DNA from: Muribaculaceae bacterium
Lineage (GTDB): Bacteria; Bacteroidota; Bacteroidia; Bacteroidales; Muribaculaceae
Length of the DNA stretch: 41,399 nt
NCBI GenBank assembly: GCA_051878395.1
Contig: JBJEKB010000252.1
Span: forward strand, 429 to 41,827
Direction: 5' to 3'
Shown in pieces: positions 20,181 to 29,027 of this stretch. The notes under the pieces were generated by a model. It had not been told where the DNA came from, made no database searches, and saw nothing but the letters and a program-made list of their open reading frames with translations. Both the position numbers and the translations under genes were made by a program. How positions within the stretch are numbered: the first letter of the stretch is position 1; each line of letters opens with the position of its first letter.

Positions 20181-21335
20181 ATGAAACTTTTAAATAAAAT
20201 AGGTGTAGTTGCCCTTGCCGCCGGTGCCATGACTTCGTGTGCTGTACACGACGTGTTTGATGACAATGGCGATCTCGGTCAGATTCTTCCCACTGTGTCG
20301 TGGGAACTTGGTAGCACCACTTGCAAGGCAGGCAACGACGCAACATTCAAAGCCAAATATTACTACAAGGGCAAGGACGACATGATCGACCACACCGAAG
20401 TGTGGGCGCTCATCGCTCGCACCGAAAGTGCAGCCGCAACTTGCAAACTCACCACTGCGCTCAGCTACACGCAGACTGTCGGAGTCTCCGACACCGTCCG
20501 CACTATGAGCCTCATGAAAACTTTTGAGCACAAGTCTCTCCAATGGAATGTTCAAAAGACCGTCGCCGATTTCAACAAGGTGTATGCCGAGGATGGCGTG
20601 TGGGAAGATGAAGGTGGAAAGTACAACAGCGACTACCACATCGACATGACAAACGGTTACGAGTATATCCTCACCGCTTCGTTCCCCACATCGGCTACTC
20701 TCGCTCCCGTGAGTTGGGTGAACCCCACTACTTTCGACAGCGACCGCTTCGATGCCCTCTATCCCGCTTCGTTCAAGAGCGATTTCGTTGCCAAGGTGGT
20801 TGACTATCTCACCAAAGACAGCGCTTACTACAACGACCTCCGCAACGTGTATGTCAACTACGACTTCACCGCCGAGCGTTTCGCCGAAGTGGCTCAGGCT
20901 CACAGCCTCAACTTCCCCACCGAAACCGAAGCCGGCAAGAAGAGCGACCTCTGGTACACCGACACCAAGAAGGTGGTGGGCAAATACTACATCACTGTGG
21001 AAAACGGCGTTACTTACTATCACGAAGTGGCTCTCGACTACGAGGCTCCCGAAGGCATCAACCTCTATGATGTCTATGACTCATCGGAATGGGTGTTCTG
21101 CCGCTACAGCGACGACACCGGTTCGATTCTCACCTCTGTGCGCGCCAAATACATGCCCCTGTTCATCGACTTGTTGAACGGTATCCCGTTTGAAGACTGG
21201 ATCTACAACTCTGCCGACCAGAACTACAGCATCAACTTCAGCCGCGACTATCGTCTCGTGCCTCTCTTCAAGGCTGTCGATGTCAACGGCAAAGTGGGCG
21301 TTACCACCAACGATAAGGAAATCTCCTTGAACTAA
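20181..21335 (+). CDS. Hypothetical surface lipoprotein (SusE/F-position, possible glycan-binding protein)
   Basis: Lipobox AMTSC. It sits 19 nt after the SusD homologue. I recognise no domain. Confidence 0.6.
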   Translation: MKLLNKIGVVALAAGAMTSCAVHDVFDDNGDLGQILPTVSWELGSTTCKAGNDATFKAKYYYKGKDDMIDHTEVWALIARTESAAATCKLTTALSYTQTVGVSDTVRTMSLMKTFEHKSLQWNVQKTVADFNKVYAEDGVWEDEGGKYNSDYHIDMTNGYEYILTASFPTSATLAPVSWVNPTTFDSDRFDALYPASFKSDFVAKVVDYLTKDSAYYNDLRNVYVNYDFTAERFAEVAQAHSLNFPTETEAGKKSDLWYTDTKKVVGKYYITVENGVTYYHEVALDYEAPEGINLYDVYDSSEWVFCRYSDDTGSILTSVRAKYMPLFIDLLNGIPFEDWIYNSADQNYSINFSRDYRLVPLFKAVDVNGKVGVTTNDKEISLN

Positions 21336-21355
21336 TCTTTAAATCAAAAAATGTT

Positions 21356-23068
21356 ATGAAACTTATCAAGAATATATCGCTAATGGTGTTGATGCTCATG
21401 GCTATGGTGGCTTGCGTTGAAAAGACCCCCGACTATGGCAACTTCCCCACAAAAGATGTCGATTTCACCTACAATGTCGATGGCGATGAGTTCCTCACCG
21501 ACTTCTATGTGGTGTCGAAAATCCAATTCAACAACACTTCCTCGAAATCGGGAGCGGTTACTTGGGATTTCGGCGATGGTGAAACTTCCACCGAGCCAAA
21601 CCCTGTGCACAAATACAAACAGGCTGGCGTGTATAAGGTTACTATGTCTCTCGCCGGCGTGGGCGAGCGCACCTACCCCATCATGATCTACGACATCGCT
21701 CCGGTGCTCTCCGTGGCAAGCCAGAGCGCTACTCCTGTCGTTATCAACGATGTTACCGTTGAACTCAGCATCTTCCTCCCCAACCCCGAAAACCTCAAGT
21801 GCCGCTACGAGTGGACTTTCCCCGAAGGTACTGCTAAGGAAGATGGAACTATTATCACTTCTTGGACCGGCTATTCTCACGAAGACGGCACTATCGACTA
21901 CCCCGGCAAACTCAAATTCAAGAACATCGGTTCGCAGAAAATCGAAATCAAGACTTGGTTTGACACCGAGGGCGAAAACCGCCGCCTCGAAGACAGCTAC
22001 GTCAATGTGCAAGTGGGTAGCTCTTATCCTTGCAAGACTCTCTACTACGCTCAAGTGGATGGCAATATCAAAGCCTACAAGCTCGTTGACCTCACTCGCC
22101 TCCCCGAAGGCACCAAGAACTACCCCTTCGATATGGGTGTGAAGAGCGGCTCTATGCCTCAAAACCTTGTGTATGCTCGCTACAAAGAGTCTAACAAGGA
22201 GGAGACTACCGACTTCATCTACATCCTCGACTGCGGTAAGCAATACACCTACATCAACGACGAGGCAGGCAACCTCGGTGATGGCAAAATCACCGTTATG
22301 AATGCCGACGCTTCGGTGGTTGACCTCTGCGTTACCAATGTGGGCAAGACTGCCTTCAACGACCCGTTCCAAGGCTGGGCTGATGAGGAAACTCTCTACT
22401 ACACCGACCGTAACACCGGTATCCGCCGCATTCCTCTCGCTACTCGCGGTCAGGTTGAGCCGAGCGACTACCTCGTGCAAAACAACTGGATTGGCTACTA
22501 CAACAAGGGTATCGCCTATGGTGCCATCCATGTGGGTCACTATCGCGACAAGAACGGCATGTGGTATTGGGGCAAGTCTTATTCGGGCAACGGTATCTAC
22601 CGCTTCCAGAATTCCGACATCCAAGAGGGTATGGACTACAACAAGGTGGCTTCTCCCCATCCTGTGCTCTTCTCGGGTACAAACCCGCGCAGCTTCTGCA
22701 TCGACGAAAAGCACAATCGCATGATTGTTTATTTCCGCTCGCCTGCCGACATCGCCGGTATCGGCACCTACAATATCCCCGGATATGACGAGACTCTCGA
22801 TGCCAAAGCCAACCGCATCAAATACTTGGCTCTCGAAGCCGACCCGATCAACAAAACCGCCGACGAAGGTGTGTGGATTCCGCAACTCGCGCTCGATTCT
22901 GCTACCGGCTACGTTTATTTCGGTTTCAACGCTGCTTCGGGCTTCACTACCTTCTCTACCGGTCTCAAAGTGTTTGACCCGGAGACAGGTGCTATCTCAA
23001 GCGTATATGGCAACACCGACAAGGTGTATGGCGTTGCTGTGTGCGACACCGAAACTGAATTGTTCTAA
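21356..23068 (+). CDS. Lipoprotein with an N-terminal PKD domain and a beta-propeller-like C-terminal region
   Basis: Lipobox-like MAMVAC; PKD signature VTWDFGDGETSTEPNPVHKYKQAGVYKVTM; the C-terminal ~350 aa shows repeated strand-turn patterns. Confidence 0.65.
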   Translation: MKLIKNISLMVLMLMAMVACVEKTPDYGNFPTKDVDFTYNVDGDEFLTDFYVVSKIQFNNTSSKSGAVTWDFGDGETSTEPNPVHKYKQAGVYKVTMSLAGVGERTYPIMIYDIAPVLSVASQSATPVVINDVTVELSIFLPNPENLKCRYEWTFPEGTAKEDGTIITSWTGYSHEDGTIDYPGKLKFKNIGSQKIEIKTWFDTEGENRRLEDSYVNVQVGSSYPCKTLYYAQVDGNIKAYKLVDLTRLPEGTKNYPFDMGVKSGSMPQNLVYARYKESNKEETTDFIYILDCGKQYTYINDEAGNLGDGKITVMNADASVVDLCVTNVGKTAFNDPFQGWADEETLYYTDRNTGIRRIPLATRGQVEPSDYLVQNNWIGYYNKGIAYGAIHVGHYRDKNGMWYWGKSYSGNGIYRFQNSDIQEGMDYNKVASPHPVLFSGTNPRSFCIDEKHNRMIVYFRSPADIAGIGTYNIPGYDETLDAKANRIKYLALEADPINKTADEGVWIPQLALDSATGYVYFGFNAASGFTTFSTGLKVFDPETGAISSVYGNTDKVYGVAVCDTETELF

Positions 23069-23094
23069 CACACGATTATCAGTATAACCCATCA

Positions 23095-23138
23095 AGAGCG
23101 GCAGGCGACTCCCGGAGCCGTTGCCGCTCTTCTAATTT
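23095..23138 (+). terminator. Possible internal attenuator/terminator hairpin between the PKD lipoprotein and GHL10 genes
   Basis: A 9-bp stem (agagcggca 23095-23103 pairing with tgccgctct 23122-23130) followed by a weak T tract (tctaattt). Confidence 0.35.
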
Positions 23139-23148
23139 AAAACAACTT

Positions 23149-25752
23149 ATGAAGAAATTTTTCACTTTTTCGATGATTCTTGCCGCTGTGCTCTCGATGT
23201 GGGCTGAGCGCTACGAGCATCGTGCAATTTTCAACACCTCGATGCTCAGCGACTGGCCTTACAAGGACCTCACCGAGGCGAATGCCGAGGATCAGCGCGC
23301 TGCCGGCATCAAAATGCTCGACTCGATTGCCGCCAACAACTTCACAACGGTCTATTTCCATGTGCGCGCTATGTGCGATGCCTATTATGAGTCGAGCTAC
23401 GAGCCCTACGCCGCCGGTCTCGCCGGTGCGCGCGGCAAGGCTCCGGCTTTCGACCCCCTCGCGTTCATCATCGACGAGGGCCACAAGCGCGGTATCGAAA
23501 TCTACGCCTGGGTGAACCCATTCCGCTACAGCAACAGCCCCGACAAGAACAGCTACGGCGAGTCGCAGCTTAACTACGAGACCACTCACCCCGAATGGCT
23601 CATCTCGAATGCCAACCAAACTATCCTCAACCCTGCCCTCCCCGAGGCGCGCCAGCGCGTTATCGACGTGTGCACCGAGATTGCCACTAAATACGACATC
23701 GACGGCATCGCGTTCGACGACTATTTCTACCCGCAAGGGGGCATGGCTACCGATGCCTCTGCCGACGACTACCCGCAGTTTGCCGCCACAGGTCGCCCGT
23801 TGAGCGAATATGGCGATTGGCGCCGCGAGAATGTCAATAGTTTTGTAGCCGAGTTTGGCAAGGCTATCAAGGCGGTGAAGCCGTGGCTCCGTTTCGGCAT
23901 CTCTCCCGCCGGAGTGTGTGGCACTGCCAACACTTCCGCCGGAAAATATGGCGTGAAACCGAGTCCGGGCAGCGACTGGCAATACAACCAAATCTATTGC
24001 GACCCGCTCAACTGGATTGTCAACGGCACCGTGGATTTCCTCTCGCCGCAACTCTACGACCACACCGGCTACGGCTCGGTGGCTATCTGGTACTACTACA
24101 TCGCCAAGAAATTCGACCGCCACATCTATCCGGCGCAGTCGATTGTGGCTTATCCCAATGTCGAAGATTTCGACCAAATCCTCGATGAGATTGGTCTCAC
24201 TCGCAACTACAGCACTCACCACGCTCCCGGCTATGTGTTCTTCCCCTGGATTAACCTCTTCAACGCCTCCAAGACGGTGGACCGCGTGAAGGTGCGCCTC
24301 ACAAGCACTCTCCGCACTCACCTCTACACCAACAAGAGTTGGACCCCGTCTATGTCGTGGGAATCGTGGGGCGATGTGCCGATGCCTTCGCAAGTGGCGT
24401 TCGACGGCACCACTCTCACCTGGAAAGGCGCTTCCAATGTGCGCTACATCGTCTATGCGTTCCCCAAAACGCTCGATAAATCGAAATTCGAGCACCAGGA
24501 GTATTATATCAAGGCTGTAACCTACACCGAAAGCTACACTCCCGATGCCGAAACAGCGGCTAACTGCAACTTTGCCGTTGCCACTCTCGACCGCTACGGC
24601 CACGAGAGTAGCGCGCTCATGGTGGGCGAGTCGCTCGGAAAAGCCCCGGATGTTACACTCTACCGCCATACCGCCGGCGAGAAGGTGCAAGGCTTCTTCC
24701 ACCTCCGCTGGACAAGCGACGCTCGCCGTTTCGTTATCGAAATAGCCCGCGACAAGGATTTCACTCAACCGGTGTATAGCAATATGACCACCGACAAGTA
24801 TATCCCATCCACTTTGCTCCCCTCTATCCCCGACGGCACTCAGCTCTATTGGCGTGTCCGCGCTATGGAAGCCAACTGCGCCGACACCTACAGCGCTGTG
24901 GGCAATTGTGAATTTGCTCGTCTCCAATACACCTACCCCACTGCCACAAGCGGTGCGGTGAAAATCGGCGACAAGTTCACTTGGGACGCTGCCGAGGCGA
25001 CAATCTACAACGTGAAAGTGTCGGAGAGCATCGACATGAGCAACCCGGTTATCGACGCTGAAGTTATGGGCGGCGAATACACGCTCCCCGAAACCGCTCT
25101 CGTCTCGGGTGCCACCTACTACGCCCAACTCAACATCGACGCCGGCGGTGAAATCATCGAAAGCGACCCGTTGCCGTTCACAATGGAGTATATCGGCGCT
25201 TCCGTGCCCGAATTCGTTACTCCCGCAGTGGATGGAGCAACCATTTTCGGCGACAACGCCATCGTGCTCAACGAGCAGAAGGGTGCATCGCAATTCCGCG
25301 TGGAGATTAGCGCAAGCGAGTCGTTCCCGCCTCGCACCAGCGGCATCTACACCCTCCCGGCATTCAACTATTCCACCAAGAATCTCTCGGAATTGACAAA
25401 ACCGGCGTTTACACAAGGCACCACCTACTATGTGCGTGCGCGCGCCACCTATATCAACGAGACAGGCGGCACCATCACCACCGATTTCTCGCCGGTGCGC
25501 ACATTTGTCTATGGCGGCGAATCGGGTGTTGAAGACGTTTCAGCCGATGGAATCCGTGTCGAAGGTCGCACACTTGTGATTCCGACACCGCAAGATGTCA
25601 AGATGGTAGAGGTATATACCGCAGCAGGTGCGCTTGTCGGCACAATCGATGTCAAAGGCACACGCACCGAGCTCGACAACCTCCCGCAAGGCGTATCCCT
25701 CATCAAGGTAGTAACCGCCGGCGGCACCAAAGTGATAAAGATGGCAAGATAG
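23149..25752 (+). CDS. GHL10 (glycoside-hydrolase-like 10, UPF0748/YddW-DigH family) protein with three Ig-like modules and a T9SS C-terminal sorting domain
   Basis: Signal peptide; TIM-barrel motifs HKRGIEIYAWVNPFR, DGIAFDDYFYP, RFGISPAG and FLSPQLY; three modules ending YWRVRA, YYAQL and YYVRARA; C-terminal KMVEVYTAAGALVGTIDV...GVSLIKVVTAGGTKVIKMAR resembles a Por secretion tail. Confidence 0.8.
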   Translation: MKKFFTFSMILAAVLSMWAERYEHRAIFNTSMLSDWPYKDLTEANAEDQRAAGIKMLDSIAANNFTTVYFHVRAMCDAYYESSYEPYAAGLAGARGKAPAFDPLAFIIDEGHKRGIEIYAWVNPFRYSNSPDKNSYGESQLNYETTHPEWLISNANQTILNPALPEARQRVIDVCTEIATKYDIDGIAFDDYFYPQGGMATDASADDYPQFAATGRPLSEYGDWRRENVNSFVAEFGKAIKAVKPWLRFGISPAGVCGTANTSAGKYGVKPSPGSDWQYNQIYCDPLNWIVNGTVDFLSPQLYDHTGYGSVAIWYYYIAKKFDRHIYPAQSIVAYPNVEDFDQILDEIGLTRNYSTHHAPGYVFFPWINLFNASKTVDRVKVRLTSTLRTHLYTNKSWTPSMSWESWGDVPMPSQVAFDGTTLTWKGASNVRYIVYAFPKTLDKSKFEHQEYYIKAVTYTESYTPDAETAANCNFAVATLDRYGHESSALMVGESLGKAPDVTLYRHTAGEKVQGFFHLRWTSDARRFVIEIARDKDFTQPVYSNMTTDKYIPSTLLPSIPDGTQLYWRVRAMEANCADTYSAVGNCEFARLQYTYPTATSGAVKIGDKFTWDAAEATIYNVKVSESIDMSNPVIDAEVMGGEYTLPETALVSGATYYAQLNIDAGGEIIESDPLPFTMEYIGASVPEFVTPAVDGATIFGDNAIVLNEQKGASQFRVEISASESFPPRTSGIYTLPAFNYSTKNLSELTKPAFTQGTTYYVRARATYINETGGTITTDFSPVRTFVYGGESGVEDVSADGIRVEGRTLVIPTPQDVKMVEVYTAAGALVGTIDVKGTRTELDNLPQGVSLIKVVTAGGTKVIKMAR

Positions 25753-25769
25753 CCACCCGCAATCCCCCC

Positions 25770-25797
25770 AGAGGCTGCCCCCGCAGCCTCTTTTTTG
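25770..25797 (+). terminator. Rho-independent terminator ending the SusC/SusD locus
   Basis: A 9-bp stem (agaggctgc pairing with gcagcctct) with loop cccc, then tttttt. Confidence 0.8.
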
Positions 25798-25834
25798 TCC
25801 CCGCCAGCGCAGCGCAAGCAGCGCAGCCGATGAA

Positions 25835-27463
25835 TTATTGGGCGAAATTCTGCTCGTCGATTACTCTGCCTTCCCAATCGACTGTCTTCCAATGGCTGAT
25901 ATTGCGGCTCTTTGAGGATATCGACACACCACACTTCACAACATTCCTTCCATCTGATTCGTAGGGAATGGCATATCCTTTGTCGTCTATTTGAGCCAAG
26001 GCATTTTCGACAGAATCATCAACTTTCAATTCAAGCACATACACATCGGTTGTGGTTTTTATTACCACATCGGCACGCCCGCGGATGCTCTTCACCTCTG
26101 TGTCAACCAGGGAATTGAGCATTGAAAATGCCATATACAGCAGCAATTTGTAGAAGTTTTCTCTGCTTTCTTTATTCTCCCATTCCTCTTTGGGAATGAT
26201 ATCATAGGGGATTTTTGAAATGTATCCGCGTAGCGCCGAGATTGCACTGCCGATTTTGCCATCGAATATCGCAGATGCCATTTTTCTTGTCAGGCTATTC
26301 CCATCGGCGGTGCTGCGCTTGAGAACCAGTGGCATCAGCCCTCCGATTATCCCCTCTCTCACTTCCAAGTTGGGGAAATGGAGGGTGTAGGTCTTGAGGC
26401 GCGGGTCGTATGAGTCGATGGTGAGGTATCCGCTTTGATATAGCAGCGGCATAGGGGTCTCGGCTCTTTCGCAAGAGATATTAAATTCATTTTCACCCAC
26501 TTTCACCCCATCATATTCGAGGGCGTTGGTGATTGGGTAATGCTGCAGATGCTCGATAAGCGATGTCATGGTGCCGGACTCAAACCAATAATGATTGGCT
26601 TCCTTGTCGTTAAGCGCGTTCAGCAAACTGAATGGTGCATACACATCCTTGCTGTTTTTAGAGAAGTGGTAGCCATCATAGTTTTTCTTGAGAATTGCGT
26701 AGGCGGCATCGGTGGTGATGTGGTTACACTCGGCAAATTCCTCAACGCATGGGCGCAGGGCGCTGTCGAGCTCGTCTTGGGTGATTCCACACAATCCGGA
26801 GTACTCGTCAAACATCGATATCTGTTTGAGGTTGTTCAACTCCGAAAATATGCTTAATTGGGTGAATTTGGTTACACCTGTTATGAAAACAAACTTGAGA
26901 TAGGCGCCATCCAATTTCACGGTTTGATAAAACCCTCGCAACAGATTGCGGATTCCCTCCAGCATCGCTGTGTTGTAGAGATTTCGCATCAGCGGGGTGT
27001 CATATTCATCAATGAGCACCACCACGTGTTGTTGAGTGGTGTGGTAAACGTGATGTATCAGCTGGCTGAATCGTGTGCCCAATTCGTCTATTTGCTTCTC
27101 TGTGCCGTATTTCGATTCATATCTCGACAGCATTGCCGACAACACCTCGTGCATCTCTTTCATCGTCGAGCAATTTCGCATTTCGCTCATGTCGAAATGC
27201 AGGACGGGATAGACTTTCCACTCTTTCTCGAGATCGGCGATTTTCAAGCCGTTGAACAGTTCTTTTTGCCCCTGAAAATATGCCTTGAAGGTGTTGCAGA
27301 GCAGAGATTTGCCAAATCTGCGGGGACGGGCGAGAAATACATATTGATATTTCTTCACATTGACAATATCGAATAGCATATCGGTCTTGTCAACATAAAG
27401 TTTGCCTTGTTCCCTTATCATCTGGAACTGGTCGGTATCTACAGGATATACAAATCTGCTCAT
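25835..27463 (-). CDS. AAA-ATPase-like protein with a C-terminal PD-(D/E)XK nuclease-like domain
   Basis: N-terminal pattern YVDKTDMLFDI...FLARPRRFGKSL (P-loop), Walker B-like VVVLIDEYD, and C-terminal GRADVVIKTTTDVYVLELK (D..E.K). Confidence 0.75.
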   Translation of the reverse strand: MSRFVYPVDTDQFQMIREQGKLYVDKTDMLFDIVNVKKYQYVFLARPRRFGKSLLCNTFKAYFQGQKELFNGLKIADLEKEWKVYPVLHFDMSEMRNCSTMKEMHEVLSAMLSRYESKYGTEKQIDELGTRFSQLIHHVYHTTQQHVVVLIDEYDTPLMRNLYNTAMLEGIRNLLRGFYQTVKLDGAYLKFVFITGVTKFTQLSIFSELNNLKQISMFDEYSGLCGITQDELDSALRPCVEEFAECNHITTDAAYAILKKNYDGYHFSKNSKDVYAPFSLLNALNDKEANHYWFESGTMTSLIEHLQHYPITNALEYDGVKVGENEFNISCERAETPMPLLYQSGYLTIDSYDPRLKTYTLHFPNLEVREGIIGGLMPLVLKRSTADGNSLTRKMASAIFDGKIGSAISALRGYISKIPYDIIPKEEWENKESRENFYKLLLYMAFSMLNSLVDTEVKSIRGRADVVIKTTTDVYVLELKVDDSVENALAQIDDKGYAIPYESDGRNVVKCGVSISSKSRNISHWKTVDWEGRVIDEQNFAQ

Positions 27464-27560
27464 ATTACGAAACCGTTTACTTTTAGCTCTTTGTTCGCAA
27501 AGATAATTATTTTAGCGCAAATAAGCGACTTTTGCCAAGGGTATTTATTGCACCCGGCGC

Positions 27561-27581
27561 CAAAAACCGCTTTTAGCGGTT
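27561..27581 (-). terminator. Terminator hairpin overlapping the EamA stop codon
   Basis: On the - strand: aaccgc-taaa-gcggtt followed by tttt. Confidence 0.55.
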
Positions 27582-28469
27582 GCGGAGGATGACGATTATC
27601 ACGGCGGTGATGATGAGGGCGATGCCGGCGGCGATGGGGAGCGTGAACGGCTCGCTGAAGACGAGGATGCAGGCGAGCACCGATGTGAGCGGCTCAAGAG
27701 CTCCGAGGATGGCGGCGAGCGTCGAACCCACATTCTTTATCGAATACACGAGCAGGAAGTTGGAGATTACCGTGGAGATAAACGCCAGCCCGGTGAAGTT
27801 GGCTACCATCGTCGGCTCGGTGAGGAGCCTCAGAGTGCCGTTGAGATAGGATATCGCGCCGAAAAAGATGGTGCTGAAAAGGATGAGCCAGAATGTGAGG
27901 GCGAGCGACGAGAGGCGGTGTGCGCCGGTTTTGTTCACGCCCACCATGTAGGAGGCGCATGCAAGCCCCGAGAGGAGCACTATCACCACTCCGGCAATTT
28001 TGTTTGCCCCGGGGATGAACGAGGCGTTTCCGCCGAGCACGCCGAGGCAATAGATGCCGACGATGGCGAGCAGGATGGCTACTATCGAGGAGTGGCGTAT
28101 CCTCTCGCGATAGGCGACCACGAGGATGAGCATCACCCAGATGGGATAGGTGAAGTGAATCACCTGCGTTACGCCGCCTGCCATGTATTCATATCCGAGG
28201 ACGAGAAATCCGCCCGAGATGCTGTAGAACACGGCGAGCAGGAGCATTGCCGGGACGATTTTCACCGGGATGCGCAGCGATTCGCGCCGCATGAGCATGA
28301 GCGCGAAGAGCATCACTGTGGCGAAAAGGAATCGGTAAAACAGCAGGCAAGTGCTCGACACCCCTGCCGCGAGAACAGGTTTGCTGAACACCGGGATAAA
28401 ACCAAACGACACGGCGGCAAAGATGCCTGCTATGATGCCTGCGCCGCGATTTGTGCTTTCTTTTGTCAT
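27573..28469 (-). CDS. EamA/DMT-superfamily transporter
   Basis: 298 aa with 10 hydrophobic helices in a 5+5 arrangement. It starts 18 nt after rsmD. Confidence 0.8.
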   Translation of the reverse strand: MTKESTNRGAGIIAGIFAAVSFGFIPVFSKPVLAAGVSSTCLLFYRFLFATVMLFALMLMRRESLRIPVKIVPAMLLLAVFYSISGGFLVLGYEYMAGGVTQVIHFTYPIWVMLILVVAYRERIRHSSIVAILLAIVGIYCLGVLGGNASFIPGANKIAGVVIVLLSGLACASYMVGVNKTGAHRLSSLALTFWLILFSTIFFGAISYLNGTLRLLTEPTMVANFTGLAFISTVISNFLLVYSIKNVGSTLAAILGALEPLTSVLACILVFSEPFTLPIAAGIALIITAVIIVILRNR

Positions 28470-28487
28470 TTCTGTGGGGTGTGGTTG

Positions 28488-29027
28488 CTATTCGTCCATT
28501 CTGAAAATGGAGAAGTTCACGCTGCCGTAGATTCGGTGCTGTGTGAAGTGGGGCAGCGCGCTGAAATCATAGTTTTTGGAGTGCTCAATCACCACGATGG
28601 TGTCCTCTTTGAGCATTTTCGACGTCAGGATGCGCTCCGGCACCTCGGCAAAGTTGGGCAGGTCGTAGGGCGGGTCGGCAAAAATGATGTCGAATTTCTT
28701 CTCGCAGGAGTCGATAAAGCGGAACACGTCCCCTTTCACGAGGGTGAGGTTCTGCGCGTTGAGCATCTCCTTCACTTTCCTGATGAAATTCACCTGCACG
28801 GGGGCTTTCTCGACGGTTGTAACCTCCTCGCAACCGCGCGACACAAACTCGAAACTGATTGCGCCGGTGCCGCCAAAGAGGTCGAGTGCCGAAAGTCCCT
28901 CGAAATCAACAAGATTTTCGAGCACATTAAATATGTTCTCGCGCGCGAAGTCGGTTGTGGGGCGCGCCGATATGTTGCCGGGCACGTCGAAGCGGCGTCG
29001 CCCGTATTTTCCTCTGATTATTCGCAT
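28488..29027 (-). CDS. rsmD: 16S rRNA (guanine966-N2)-methyltransferase RsmD
   Basis: MRIIRGKYGRRRF..., SAM motif LDLFGGTGAISFE and catalytic FADPPYD. The ATG at 29027 gives 179 aa. The 272-aa track ORF is an Arg-rich upstream extension that overlaps the DUF3822 gene. Confidence 0.9.
   Translation of the reverse strand: MRIIRGKYGRRRFDVPGNISARPTTDFARENIFNVLENLVDFEGLSALDLFGGTGAISFEFVSRGCEEVTTVEKAPVQVNFIRKVKEMLNAQNLTLVKGDVFRFIDSCEKKFDIIFADPPYDLPNFAEVPERILTSKMLKEDTIVVIEHSKNYDFSALPHFTQHRIYGSVNFSIFRMDE

Noticed and set aside
21115-21135. tRNA T-loop-like string ggttcgattctc
   Set aside because: It lies inside a well-supported CDS. The flanking bases do not form a T-stem (accgg vs ctcac), and I could not draw an acceptor or anticodon arm.
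23137-25416. 759-aa ORF antisense to the GHL10 gene; similar long antisense ORFs at 21380-22885, 18662-19675, 20190-21023, 27918-29234, 15655-16191 and 10388-11140
   Set aside because: These are shadow ORFs typical of genes with C/G-rich third positions. Their translations are low-complexity and rich in R, G, V, A, E and H. The sense frames carry signal peptides and family motifs.
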